Origin: a virus
Strand: one strand, 5' to 3'
Virus record (IMG/VR): IMGVR_UViG_3300037069_000805
Coordinates: 1 to 64,000 of that record
Length of the DNA: 64,000 bases
A model generated the notes under the pieces. It searched no databases. It was not told the origin of the DNA and saw only the letters and a list, made by a program, of their open reading frames with translations. The number at the start of each line of letters is the position of its first letter. The stretch's first letter is position 1. Shown in pieces: positions 9,022 to 18,855 of this stretch. A program made the translations under genes and the position numbers.

Positions 9022-9087
9022 AATAATTAGGTGCTCATATTTTGTATTTGAGCTAAGTGACCGTATGTATCAGCCTAATTATTTTTT
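9022..9087 (+). terminator. branched hairpin with U tract
   Basis: AATAATTAGG/CCTAATTATT closing stem enclosing GCTCA/TGAGC, followed by a T run. Confidence 0.45.
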
Positions 9088-9103
9088 AAATGAAAGTGAA
9101 TGA

Positions 9104-9505
9104 ATGAAAGTTATTGGTAAAAAATATATAAGAGCAGGATCTGTAATGATTAGGATAAATAAGAAATTTTATGAAGTTCCTGATTCATTTCTATTTAAAT
9201 CTCATGACAACAAAGATATATATCTTGTTGGAGTAAGAAAAGATAATGAAAATTCATTTAAACCTAAATATATATCAACTGTGAAATTTATAGAAGACGA
9301 TATATATGAACATGTTCCATATGATTTATTGGAAAGTTTTATGATAAAAAAACATAAAAAACTAATAATAGATAATGAAGAATATGATATTCCAATAGAA
9401 ATTATAGATGATATTAAATTGAAATTAATGAATTTATCTAAATATGATTTAAAAAATTTAAAACAAATTAAAAATGAATGTAGTATATATTTATTTAATA
9501 AATAA
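9104..9505 (+). CDS. hypothetical protein
   Basis: ORF track. Confidence 0.55.
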   Translation: MKVIGKKYIRAGSVMIRINKKFYEVPDSFLFKSHDNKDIYLVGVRKDNENSFKPKYISTVKFIEDDIYEHVPYDLLESFMIKKHKKLIIDNEEYDIPIEIIDDIKLKLMNLSKYDLKNLKQIKNECSIYLFNK

Positions 9506-9592
9506 AAAATTACTTATAGTAAATAATATATATTATTCTTATTTTATTAATATAACAAAATTATTAATTAACATTATTTTAAAATAAAAAAT

Positions 9593-9814
9593 ATGGGATT
9601 TACAATTACAGGAATTACAGAAAATAAACCTACAGGTAAAAGGTTTGAATTAATAAAACATAGAAATGGACAAATTGGTATAATTGTTCATACTGATTCA
9701 GGTAAAACATTAATAAAAGCTGTCGCTTTTGATAATAATCGTGAATCATGTTATGCTGAATGGAGATTAGAAGATTGTACATTATTCGATGGTGAAATAA
9801 TTTTAAAAAACTAA
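9593..9814 (+). CDS. hypothetical protein
   Basis: ORF track. Confidence 0.55.
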   Translation: MGFTITGITENKPTGKRFELIKHRNGQIGIIVHTDSGKTLIKAVAFDNNRESCYAEWRLEDCTLFDGEIILKN

Positions 9815-9816
9815 CA

Positions 9817-10017
9817 ATGGCACATGGAAATCCAAGAATTTGTATTTGTAATAAATGTAATATGTATGGATGTATTCCAAGATTTAGTCAAAATATTTGT
9901 ACTAATTGTAATGGAAAGGTAGAACAAATTACTAAAGAGGAATTAAAAAAGAAATTAGGTTTAGCTATTTATCAAGAATTACCATATATACCATTTACAT
10001 TTATTAAAATTAAATAA
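9817..10017 (+). CDS. small zinc-ribbon protein
   Basis: CNKC...CTNC motif. Confidence 0.6.
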   Translation: MAHGNPRICICNKCNMYGCIPRFSQNICTNCNGKVEQITKEELKKKLGLAIYQELPYIPFTFIKIK

Positions 10018-10019
10018 TT

Positions 10020-10247
10020 ATGTCAAAACCTTATTCAGCTTTAGCAGTAGCAATAGATTTATTATCTAATGAATACAAAACATATGATCCAATTACTATC
10101 TCTGATAAAGCTTGGGAAGATTTAGGTATGTGTATTAGTATTCACGAAATATCTGATTATTTAGATATAAATAGAGTAGAAGATTTTGAAACAGAATCTG
10201 AGAAAATTAAAAATAAAACAATAATAGAAATTAACTATGGAAAATAA
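10020..10247 (+). CDS. hypothetical protein
   Basis: ORF track. Confidence 0.55.
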   Translation: MSKPYSALAVAIDLLSNEYKTYDPITISDKAWEDLGMCISIHEISDYLDINRVEDFETESEKIKNKTIIEINYGK

Positions 10248-10437
10248 TAGTAAAAAAGTAGTAGAATGTCCAAATTGTTTAGGAGCTAAAAATATTATGG
10301 TTCCAAATGAAACAAGAGGTTTTCATTATGAAGATTGTGGATTATGTCATGCTACTGGAGTAGTAGATCCTCAATTAGCTGATGATTATATTTTTAGTTT
10401 AGATGAAGATAATTTAGAAACTAATAATGATTGGTAA
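10237..10437 (+). CDS. DnaJ-type zinc-finger microprotein
   Basis: CPNCLG...CGLCHATG repeats. Confidence 0.65.
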   Translation: MENNSKKVVECPNCLGAKNIMVPNETRGFHYEDCGLCHATGVVDPQLADDYIFSLDEDNLETNNDW

Positions 10438-10796
10438 TTAAAGAAATTCAAGATCAAATATTAATTTATTTTAAAGATACTACTAAAGATAGATTAAATA
10501 GTAGAGGTAATTATTGGTCTTTTAAAGTGTTAGATAATAAGTATAAATATTTTTATACTGGAGTAAGTATACAATATATATGTTATGATTTATTTAAAGC
10601 TAAATACAGAAAATCTGATGTAGCACAAGCAATATATAATTTAGTTATTAATGATGAAATTAAAACACTATATTGTCCACATGTAAAAAAACATGTATTT
10701 TGCAATAAAGAATGTGTATACACTAATATATACACAGAAAGTTATGATAAAAAAGAGGCTCAAATTAAACATTTAGAAAGTTTTATAATAAAATAA
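10431..10796 (+). CDS. hypothetical protein (possible distant family A member)
   Basis: LYCPHVKKHVF resembles the family A C-terminal Cys motif. Confidence 0.5.
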   Translation: MVIKEIQDQILIYFKDTTKDRLNSRGNYWSFKVLDNKYKYFYTGVSIQYICYDLFKAKYRKSDVAQAIYNLVINDEIKTLYCPHVKKHVFCNKECVYTNIYTESYDKKEAQIKHLESFIIK

Positions 10797-10802
10797 AAAA
10801 TT

Positions 10803-11198
10803 ATGAGAAATACATTAATATGTGTATATGGTAGTTTAAGAAAAGAATTTGGAAATCATAGATTAATTAAAGATGCAGAATATAAAGGAATGTTTAGTAC
10901 AGATCCTGTTTATTCACTGTATTCATTAGGAGGATTTCCAGGTTTAAAAGAAAATGGTAACACATCTGTAGTTATGGAAGTTTATGCTGTAAATGACGCA
11001 GAAGCCCATAATGTAGATATGTTAGAAGGTTATACACCTGGTGAACCAGCCTATTTTTATGATAAGGTTAACATTGAAACTCCTTGGGGAGAGGCTGGTG
11101 TTTATATTTATGTTGGAAATATTGCTGAAGATAGATTAGTTAAATCAGGAGATTGGTTTACTTTTAAAAAAGGATTGGAAGTTAAAGAAGTAGTATAA
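10803..11198 (+). CDS. gamma-glutamylcyclotransferase (GGCT/AIG2-like)
   Basis: VYGSLR N-terminal motif, GGFPGL, EVYAV and D.LEG catalytic Glu region. Confidence 0.9.
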   Translation: MRNTLICVYGSLRKEFGNHRLIKDAEYKGMFSTDPVYSLYSLGGFPGLKENGNTSVVMEVYAVNDAEAHNVDMLEGYTPGEPAYFYDKVNIETPWGEAGVYIYVGNIAEDRLVKSGDWFTFKKGLEVKEVV

Positions 11199-11797
11199 TG
11201 AAAAGTAATGCTTTTATATTAGATTTTAATCTATTAAAAGAACAAGGTATTGAACCTGAAGATTTTGTATTATTAATACAAATAAATAATAATTTACCAA
11301 TAGATAATTCAGTTGGAAATATTTGTTTAAATTCTTTACAAAATAATTTATTTATTCGTATAGAAAATAATGATATTATAATCAGAGAAAAAGGTAGATT
11401 ATTATTAGAATTAACAACTATAGATAGTGTTAATTATCAATCTAATAAAGCTATTATTAAAAAGTCTTCAAGAGCTATAAATTCAGAGTTAACAAATGAA
11501 TTTATAAATACTTATAGACAATTATGGAAAGGTTTAAAACTTGGCAGTATGGGCTCTGAAAGTGCTTGTAAAGCTAAATTAACTAGATGGATGTTAGAGA
11601 ATCCTTCTTATACATCTAATGATATATTAAAAGCAGCTAAGATTTATATTGATTCATTAGTAGATTATAGATTTCTACAAACAGCAGATTATTTTATCTT
11701 TAAAAAAGATGGTAAAGAAGAATCTTCTAGATTATCTGCTTTTATAGATGAAATAGATAATGAAGAAATAAAAGATTGGACTACAAATTTGAGCTGA
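11198..11797 (+). CDS. putative replication initiation / helicase-loader protein
   Basis: HTH-like N-terminus plus a helical C-terminal domain, upstream of the DnaB-like gene; function inferred from position. Confidence 0.45.
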   Translation: MKSNAFILDFNLLKEQGIEPEDFVLLIQINNNLPIDNSVGNICLNSLQNNLFIRIENNDIIIREKGRLLLELTTIDSVNYQSNKAIIKKSSRAINSELTNEFINTYRQLWKGLKLGSMGSESACKAKLTRWMLENPSYTSNDILKAAKIYIDSLVDYRFLQTADYFIFKKDGKEESSRLSAFIDEIDNEEIKDWTTNLS

Positions 11798-11804
11798 TTT
11801 AAAA

Positions 11805-12230
11805 ATGAAAAAAAATAATATGATTTATATAGATGAAGTTGATGTTCCTAAAACAAAGACAAGAAAAGAATTCATAAAAAAAATACTTACAAATAAAGGA
11901 GTAATAACTTATTCTAATAAAGAATGTACAATCGTTCAATGTGATAGAAAAGAAGCTTATAGAAGTATAAGTGAATTACATGAAATTGTCAAAGCAAGAT
12001 TTAAATTTACTTCATTAGAGGCTTTATTAAAAATTATTAAAGCTATCAATGATGAAGATAAATGTATAGGTATTGTTTGGTGTACACAAATTGAGAAAGT
12101 AGTTGTTAAATATATGAAAAATACTCCTGGAAATTATATTACTAGTTTTAGTAGAGAAAGATTTTATAATGCAAAAGGTGTAGATGGAAAATCATTAGCA
12201 GACTACGAAAAAATTATGAATGCTATTTAA
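11805..12230 (+). CDS. hypothetical protein, paralog family A
   Basis: TYSNKECTIVQCD...YRSISEL...WCTQIEK. Confidence 0.65.
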   Translation: MKKNNMIYIDEVDVPKTKTRKEFIKKILTNKGVITYSNKECTIVQCDRKEAYRSISELHEIVKARFKFTSLEALLKIIKAINDEDKCIGIVWCTQIEKVVVKYMKNTPGNYITSFSRERFYNAKGVDGKSLADYEKIMNAI

Positions 12231-12320
12231 TATAAAATAATTACAAGATAATAATTTTATAAAAATAAAAGACTAAATAAATAAGTTATTTTATATTGAT
12301 ATTAAAAATTAATATTAATA

Positions 12321-13427
12321 TTGTCAGATAAAAGTTTATTTAATAGAACATTTGAATCCATAGTAAATAAAAGAGAACGTTTACTTAATGGAAAAATAAA
12401 TTGTATTCCTTGGAATTTACCTAGATTTGAAAGACAATGTCCTGGTATTGAACAAGGTAAATACTATTTAGTAACAGCTGCATCAAAAGCAGCAAAAACA
12501 CAACTAACAGATTGGTTGTTTGTATATAATACAATTCAACAAATAGTTGATAATAAATTAGATATTAGATTAAAAATATTTTATTTTTCATTAGAGCTTT
12601 CTAAAGAAGAAAAAATGTTAGCATGTTTTGCAAATATTTTGTATGTTAAAGAAGGAATACGTATATCACCTAGTGATTTAAAATCAACAAGAGAATCTAA
12701 TATTTTATCAAAAGATATATTAAATATTATTAAAAAATATGAAATATATTTTAAGAAAATAGAAGAAATTGTTGAATTTGTCGATGATGTTCGCCATCCA
12801 ACTGGAATTTACAATTTAGTTAGAAGATATGCTTTAGCTAATGGTAAAATTTATACAAGAAATATAGATATTAAAGGTGTTTTAACAGAAGTTGAAGATT
12901 ACTATGAGCCAAATGATCCTGACGAATATGTTATGATTATAATTGATCATATTAGCTTAATTTCAAGTGAAAAAAGAAATGATCAACAGTTAACACAACA
13001 TGAAAGTATTTCTATATTATCTTCAGATTATTTAATTAAACTTAGAAATAGATTTAATTATATACCTGTAGTTGTACAACAACAAGCATTAGCTGGTGAA
13101 AATATTGAACACAAGAAAATGAATAGTTTAAAACCTTCTGCTGCAAATTTAGCAGATAATAAATTAACTATTCGTGATTGTAATGTAGCATTAGGAATAT
13201 TTAGTCCTTTTAGAAATGAAATACCAGAATACTACGGATATGATATTACTCAATTTAAAGATAATATTAGATTTTTAGAAATTATGGTAAGTCGTGATGG
13301 AGGAGCAGGTACAATCTGCCCATTGTACTTTGACGGAGCTGTTAATTATTTTAAAGAGCTTCCTAAACCTGATGATAAAGAAGGTATGAAAGTAGTTTAT
13401 GAATTTTTAAAAAACATAAAGAGATAG
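12321..13427 (+). CDS. DnaB-like (SF4) replicative helicase, crAss-type
   Basis: Walker A variant AASKAAKT, YFSLE, Walker B IIIDHI, VVQQ, SRDGG arginine finger region. Confidence 0.85.
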   Translation: MSDKSLFNRTFESIVNKRERLLNGKINCIPWNLPRFERQCPGIEQGKYYLVTAASKAAKTQLTDWLFVYNTIQQIVDNKLDIRLKIFYFSLELSKEEKMLACFANILYVKEGIRISPSDLKSTRESNILSKDILNIIKKYEIYFKKIEEIVEFVDDVRHPTGIYNLVRRYALANGKIYTRNIDIKGVLTEVEDYYEPNDPDEYVMIIIDHISLISSEKRNDQQLTQHESISILSSDYLIKLRNRFNYIPVVVQQQALAGENIEHKKMNSLKPSAANLADNKLTIRDCNVALGIFSPFRNEIPEYYGYDITQFKDNIRFLEIMVSRDGGAGTICPLYFDGAVNYFKELPKPDDKEGMKVVYEFLKNIKR

Positions 13428-13428
13428 A

Positions 13429-13887
13429 ATGAAGAAAAGTGATGTAGTGAGTTTAGATACTTTAGATGAATACTATACAAAAACAAGAAAAATAAAATTT
13501 AACAATGATATACAAATAGAATCTTTAGATAATATTTATGATTCATTATTTTATAAAAAATTATATACTAATTTGCCAACTTATTATAGTAGGGGAGCAA
13601 GACATTGTAAATCTGGTAGAGCAAGAAGTATAGATGATTTTTTTAGAATTTCTAAATTTTATTTTCCAAATATGAATATCAAGGAAATAATTATTTTTTT
13701 AAAACTTAAAAATAAAGAAGAATTGAAAAATAGAGAAGTAATGCGTTTATTTTTTTGCAATACTATTAGAAAATATAATTTTCATGGTATTGTAAGTAAT
13801 ACAACATATTATAAATATTTATTAGATTATAATTTTCTTAGAGATGGTTTTATTAACTTTAATAAATCAATTGTAGATATAGTATAA
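13429..13887 (+). CDS. hypothetical protein, paralog family A
   Basis: TYY...HC..GRARSIDD...FFCNTIRK. Confidence 0.6.
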   Translation: MKKSDVVSLDTLDEYYTKTRKIKFNNDIQIESLDNIYDSLFYKKLYTNLPTYYSRGARHCKSGRARSIDDFFRISKFYFPNMNIKEIIIFLKLKNKEELKNREVMRLFFCNTIRKYNFHGIVSNTTYYKYLLDYNFLRDGFINFNKSIVDIV

Positions 13888-13918
13888 ATTTAAAGTGGAT
13901 GGTGGTCGGAATAAATGA

Positions 13919-14686
13919 ATGATAGATTTACCAAAAGAAGTTGGAGGACCTTCTAGAAAAAACCCTAAAAAATTAATTATATTTAGTTCACCTAAAGCTG
14001 GTAAAACACACGCATTAAGTTTACTTGAAGATAATTTAATTCTTGATTTAGAAAGTGGTTCAGGATTTGTAGCTGGTCTAAAAATAAATGTTTTAGATGA
14101 AGCAAAAAAGCAGGATATTAAACCTATTATGGCTTTAAAACAAATTATTGATTCTATTACTAAAGCTAATAATGCAAAAAAAGGATATTTATATAAATAT
14201 ATCTCTATAGATACTGTTTCAGCTTTAGAAGATTTTTATGCTCCAACACTTGCATTAAGCCTTTACAAAAATACACCTATTGGGCGCAACTTTCAAGGTG
14301 ATAATGTTTTAGAATTACCACAAGGTGCAGGTTATTACTGGCAGAGATTAGCAATGATAATGATTTTAGATGAATTAGAAGCTCTTTGTGAAACATTAAT
14401 TATATCAGGTCACACAAAAGATAAATTAGTAGAACTTAATGGTAAAGAAATGACCCAGAGAGGATTAGATTTAGTAGGAAAAATGCCTTCTATATTATGT
14501 TCCAAAAGTGATGCAATTTGTTATTTATATCGTAAAGATAATCAAACAATAGCTAATTTTAAGACAGCAGATTCATTATCTGTAGGTGCTAGACCTGAAC
14601 ATCTTAAAAATCAAGAGATTGTTCTATTAGAACAAAATGAAAATGGAGAATTTGTATCTCATTGGGATAAAATCTTTATAGAATAA
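13919..14686 (+). CDS. AAA_24 / Sak4-like P-loop ATPase (recombination)
   Basis: SSPKAGKT Walker A, LDLESG, IDTVS Walker B, SGH motif. Confidence 0.85.
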   Translation: MIDLPKEVGGPSRKNPKKLIIFSSPKAGKTHALSLLEDNLILDLESGSGFVAGLKINVLDEAKKQDIKPIMALKQIIDSITKANNAKKGYLYKYISIDTVSALEDFYAPTLALSLYKNTPIGRNFQGDNVLELPQGAGYYWQRLAMIMILDELEALCETLIISGHTKDKLVELNGKEMTQRGLDLVGKMPSILCSKSDAICYLYRKDNQTIANFKTADSLSVGARPEHLKNQEIVLLEQNENGEFVSHWDKIFIE

Positions 14687-14949
14687 TGAGTTTTTATAAA
14701 GAAGAAGCTTTTAATCTTTTTATTTCAGAATTAACTGAATTAATTGAAAAAGGTGAAGGTACAATAGAAAATGATTGTTTATGTATAGGAGATATTGAAT
14801 CTCATCTTGGAGAAATAGCATCATTTAATGATGATTTTGATTCTAATGGTTGGGAATTTGATTATTGGTGTACATATAAAATAAATGATAAAACTCTTAA
14901 CATAAATGGTTCTGGGTATTATGGTGGTTTAAGTATCACAATAGATTAA
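14686..14949 (+). CDS. acidic hypothetical protein
   Basis: ORF track; SNGWEFDYW...GSGYYG motif. Confidence 0.6.
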   Translation: MSFYKEEAFNLFISELTELIEKGEGTIENDCLCIGDIESHLGEIASFNDDFDSNGWEFDYWCTYKINDKTLNINGSGYYGGLSITID

Positions 14950-15003
14950 ATAAGTTATAGTTCTTTAAAAACTAAAAATTTAATATAAGCAGATAAAATA
15001 AAT

Positions 15004-15600
15004 ATGGGAATAGATTTAAATGGAAGTGAGTATAATTCTCCAGTAGTGGGAATTTTCAACAATGGACAGGCTGGAAAAGTCAATGGAGTAAAAGTATCAG
15101 TAGAAAAGAAAGGAATAGCAGATTCAGATAATGCACCTGCATATAAAGTTCTATTTACTGATGAAATTGGTAGTATTAACATGGGATTATTCTACCCAAC
15201 TGAGCAATCAACAGATTCTCAAAATAAATTACTAGCAGGTAAATGTGCTGATTTAGTTAAAGCAGTTATGGGTGTAGATTATGTATTTCCTCAATATAAT
15301 TCATATAATGAATTACTTGATGGTTGTATGACAATCTTATCTCAAAATGCTGAAGGTAAATTAGTAAATGTATTTGCTACTTATGGAACTAAAGGAGCTC
15401 CTAAGAAATTCTTAGGTGTTTATAAAAACTTTAATTTCGTAGAAGGTGCTGATGTTAAAGCTTCTGCATTACGTCAAACTATTAATCCTAATAAGGAACA
15501 ATATGATGATTTAATGGAAAGAATTGTTGAAGATCAACAACCTACACAAATTAATGAAAGTAATGTATCTTCTGAACCAGTTTGGGGAGCAAGATCATAA
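15004..15600 (+). CDS. putative single-stranded DNA-binding protein
   Basis: Lies between the Sak4-like ATPase and primase; beta-rich N-terminus and a polar flexible tail ending near Trp. Confidence 0.5.
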   Translation: MGIDLNGSEYNSPVVGIFNNGQAGKVNGVKVSVEKKGIADSDNAPAYKVLFTDEIGSINMGLFYPTEQSTDSQNKLLAGKCADLVKAVMGVDYVFPQYNSYNELLDGCMTILSQNAEGKLVNVFATYGTKGAPKKFLGVYKNFNFVEGADVKASALRQTINPNKEQYDDLMERIVEDQQPTQINESNVSSEPVWGARS

Positions 15601-15608
15601 ATATAAAA

Positions 15609-15630
15609 ATAGGGAGTGAATGCTCCCTAT
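15609..15630 (+). terminator. hairpin after the putative ssb
   Basis: ATAGGGAG-TGAATG-CTCCCTAT perfect stem; no strong U tract. Confidence 0.4.
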
Positions 15631-15632
15631 AT

Positions 15633-15707
15633 GGGCTGTATGGTGGTAATGGATTTGCCATAGACGACGTGTGTTGTACAGTATCGGTTCGAGTCCGAAA
15701 CAGTCCA
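15633..15707 (+). tRNA. tRNA-like gene with Ala acceptor identity and a non-functional anticodon arm
   Basis: 75 nt; acceptor GGGCTGT/ACAGTCC (G3:U70) plus A73, D-loop with TGG, T arm TCGG-TTCGAGT-CCGA; anticodon stem pairs poorly and lacks U33. Confidence 0.65.
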
Positions 15708-15742
15708 CTATAAAATAAATAACTAATAAATAATAAACAAAT

Positions 15743-16054
15743 ATGAAATCGCAAGAATTTCCACAATGTTGTGGTATGAAGATATTATCAGAATTTGGTC
15801 ATACTACTACTGCTGTAGTTACAACAAAATATACCAGAGATGAAATAAAAGAATTTATAGTAAATGATAGAGGTGTTAGTTTTACACGTAGTACAATACA
15901 AGTAATATCTTTAAATGAACAACAACTTAAAAGTATAGGTAGAGATTTATTTGTAGAATTAGGATTTAAAATATCAGAACCAATGTATTATCCTGGTCAT
16001 GGTAATAATTTATTTATATTAACATATAATCCAAATGGTAGTAAACCTGAATAA
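15743..16054 (+). CDS. hypothetical protein, paralog family B
   Basis: QCCGMKIL...PGHGNNLFILTY, similar to 34383..35111 and 18360..18854. Confidence 0.6.
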   Translation: MKSQEFPQCCGMKILSEFGHTTTAVVTTKYTRDEIKEFIVNDRGVSFTRSTIQVISLNEQQLKSIGRDLFVELGFKISEPMYYPGHGNNLFILTYNPNGSKPE

Positions 16055-17069
16055 AAAATATGTAAGTAAAGAATTATTATTTGAACATATATCTGATTTA
16101 CAAATATATAGAGCATATATAGATTTTGATATAAAATTTGGAACTGTATTTTCATCTCCCTTAAGAGAAATAGATAATAAACCATCATTTGGTTTTTTTG
16201 AAGGTGAAGGTGGTGAAATATGTTTTAAAGATTTTGTATTAGGTACAGGTGACTGTATTAAATTTGTACAAATGAAATTTGGTTTAAATTATTTTGAGGC
16301 ATTAAGTAAAATTGCATTAGACTTTAATTTAGAAGATGAATTTAAAATTACAAATACATTCAAAACAAACATTAATTCTAATTATCAAAATTTTAAAGAT
16401 AGAGAAGCTATTATAAGAGAAATTAATAGTAATAATTTAGGTAAAACAGCTCGTACTTGGGCTTTACATGATTTAGCATTCTGGAATAAATTTGGTATAA
16501 CTAAAACTACATTAGAAAAATATAATGTAGAACCAGTATCTTATTTACATGTAGGTGTAAACAAAAAAATAATACCTGCTGATAAATATGCTTATTCATT
16601 TAGAGAAGCCAAAGAAGGTTCTTTTACTTATAAGATATATCAACCATATAATATAAATTATAAATGGTTAAATAATCATAATAATTCTGTATGGCAAGGA
16701 TGGTCACAATTACCATTAACAGGTAATGAAATTATAATAACTAAATCATTAAAAGATGTAATGTCTATTCATGATGTATTAGGAATACCTGCTGTAGCAT
16801 TACAATCAGAATCTGTAATACCTAAAGAAAAAATAATTGATGAATTAAAATCAAGATTTAAATATGTTTACATATTATATGACAATGATTACGATAAAGA
16901 AGAAAATTGGGGACAGATATTTAGTAATAAATTAACTAAAGAATTTGGATTTTATGAAATGTTTATACATGAAAAATATAAAAGTAAAGATTTTAGTGAT
17001 TTAGTTAAAAATCATGGTTCTAAAATAGCAACAGATTATATTAATACATTAATGGATTTACCATTTTAA
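16035..17069 (+). CDS. DNA primase (crAss-type, TOPRIM)
   Basis: SPLRE.DNKPSF, FKDF, IITKSLKDVM, LQSE, YDND and KDFSD motifs. Confidence 0.9.
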   Translation: MVVNLNKKYVSKELLFEHISDLQIYRAYIDFDIKFGTVFSSPLREIDNKPSFGFFEGEGGEICFKDFVLGTGDCIKFVQMKFGLNYFEALSKIALDFNLEDEFKITNTFKTNINSNYQNFKDREAIIREINSNNLGKTARTWALHDLAFWNKFGITKTTLEKYNVEPVSYLHVGVNKKIIPADKYAYSFREAKEGSFTYKIYQPYNINYKWLNNHNNSVWQGWSQLPLTGNEIIITKSLKDVMSIHDVLGIPAVALQSESVIPKEKIIDELKSRFKYVYILYDNDYDKEENWGQIFSNKLTKEFGFYEMFIHEKYKSKDFSDLVKNHGSKIATDYINTLMDLPF

Positions 17070-17082
17070 ATACTTTTAAGAT

Positions 17083-17484
17083 ATGGAAAAAAAGTTTTTG
17101 ATAGCTGTATATGGTTGTCTTAGAAAAGGTCTAAATATGCACGGTTATTTATCTTCCAATTCAATATATATGGGTAGTTATGATACAGATCCTATTTATA
17201 GTATGTATTCAATTAAATCATTTCCTGGTTTAGTAAAAAATGGTAATACTTCTATAAGAATGGAAGTATATGAAGTCAATGAAGGAGTATTAGATAATAT
17301 AGATGGATTAGAAGGAGTTAGTTCAATACACGATGATTTAAGTATGTTCTTAAGAGAATTAATAGAAACACCATATGGAGATGCTTATACTTATTTTTAT
17401 AATGAAGAAATTAATACAAGAGTAAAAGTAGATTGTGGTGATTGGTTAGAGTTTAAAAAACAATTAAAAAAAATGATTAAATAA
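17083..17484 (+). CDS. gamma-glutamylcyclotransferase (GGCT/AIG2-like)
   Basis: AVYGCLRKG, FPGL, MEVYEV and IDGLEG motifs; paralog of 10803..11198. Confidence 0.88.
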   Translation: MEKKFLIAVYGCLRKGLNMHGYLSSNSIYMGSYDTDPIYSMYSIKSFPGLVKNGNTSIRMEVYEVNEGVLDNIDGLEGVSSIHDDLSMFLRELIETPYGDAYTYFYNEEINTRVKVDCGDWLEFKKQLKKMIK

Positions 17485-17491
17485 TAATATT

Positions 17492-18367
17492 ATGGGTATT
17501 GTAAGTATTAAAAAAAATAAAAAAGAAATAACAAAAACTACAGATACTGGTAGAGGATGGATTCCTCAAATACGTAGTAGACATCCTAGCCATCATGGTT
17601 TAAGAGGTGCTCTTAGAAGATTAGGTTTTAGAAGTGTAATTAGATTTGGTTCTACAACAGAATTAGATGTTAATTATAGAGTTGAATTAAATTCAGCAGA
17701 AGCTATTAGAAATAGTTCTAGTAAACTTAAAATGAAAGAATGTTTTGATAATCTAAAAGTTAAAACAGCTAAATGGACACAATTAACTGGTGAAGCATTA
17801 ATTAATTGGATTCAAAATGAAAAAGATGGAGTTGGTTATCCAATTGTAGCTAAACATCATTTTGGAAGTAGAGGTACAGGTAATTATTTATTAAGAAATA
17901 AAAAAGAAGTAGAAGAATTTCTTAGTAAACAATCTAAAAATTTAGGTAGATATATATTTGAAAAATATTATAACTATAATAGAGAATATAGATTACATGT
18001 AACTAAAAATGGTTCATTCTATGCTTGTAGAAAAATGTTAAAAGGAGAATTTAAAGATAGTGATAAAGCATGGCAAAGACATGATGATAATTGCTCTTGG
18101 ATTTTACCAAACAATCCTTTATTTGAAACACCTAATAACTGGAAAGAAATAGAAGAACATTGTGTAAATGCTTTAAAATCTTGTGGTTTAGATTTTGGTG
18201 CTTGTGATTTAAGAGTTCAAAATAATACTGATGAAAAAGGTAAGGTAAGAGCTAATCCTGATTTTATTGTAATTGAAATTAATAGTGCTCCATCATTTGG
18301 ACAGATAACATTAGAAAAATATAAAGAAATGTTACCTGAACTACTTATACAGAAAAGTAATGAATGA
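17492..18367 (+). CDS. ATP-grasp peptide/amide ligase (RimK / phiEco32-like)
   Basis: YPIVAK...GSRGTG, FEKY, REYRLHV, LDFGACD and IEINSAPS motifs. Confidence 0.9.
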   Translation: MGIVSIKKNKKEITKTTDTGRGWIPQIRSRHPSHHGLRGALRRLGFRSVIRFGSTTELDVNYRVELNSAEAIRNSSSKLKMKECFDNLKVKTAKWTQLTGEALINWIQNEKDGVGYPIVAKHHFGSRGTGNYLLRNKKEVEEFLSKQSKNLGRYIFEKYYNYNREYRLHVTKNGSFYACRKMLKGEFKDSDKAWQRHDDNCSWILPNNPLFETPNNWKEIEEHCVNALKSCGLDFGACDLRVQNNTDEKGKVRANPDFIVIEINSAPSFGQITLEKYKEMLPELLIQKSNE

Positions 18368-18854
18368 ACCTTTTTATTTTTTTAACCAAAGTCCTTACAT
18401 AATCAATGATAATATAACTAAAGAAGTTTCAAAAATAGAATATAAAACAAGACTTCTTGTTACTGATTATTTAAAAGCTGGTAAAGTTACACAAATAGGA
18501 GAACATTTTTCTATAGAATTTATAATACAGAAAAATAGTTTTCCATATGATTTACGATTTGATGTATATACTGGAGCTTTTGGTAATTGTCAAAATGTTA
18601 CAGTAAGAAATTCTAATAAAATTATATTTGCAACAAATGATTATCAAGAATTTAAAGATGTTTTATTATATATAGTTGAACATTCTAAAAAGAAAGTTAT
18701 TATCTTTGATATTAAAGAAAGTTATTATGATCAATTAATTAAATTAATAGAAGGACATAATACAGAAGAAAAGCTGTTTTTAGTTAAACAAAAATATACA
18801 AATTTAACAAACAATATTATGTATTGCTTATACATAAATACAAATAATTTATAA
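18360..18854 (+). CDS. hypothetical protein in the amidoligase cluster (possible family B)
   Basis: FGNCQ...YTNLTNNIMYCLYI; overlaps the ATP-grasp stop. Confidence 0.6.
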   Translation: MNEPFYFFNQSPYIINDNITKEVSKIEYKTRLLVTDYLKAGKVTQIGEHFSIEFIIQKNSFPYDLRFDVYTGAFGNCQNVTVRNSNKIIFATNDYQEFKDVLLYIVEHSKKKVIIFDIKESYYDQLIKLIEGHNTEEKLFLVKQKYTNLTNNIMYCLYINTNNL

Positions 18855-18855
18855 A

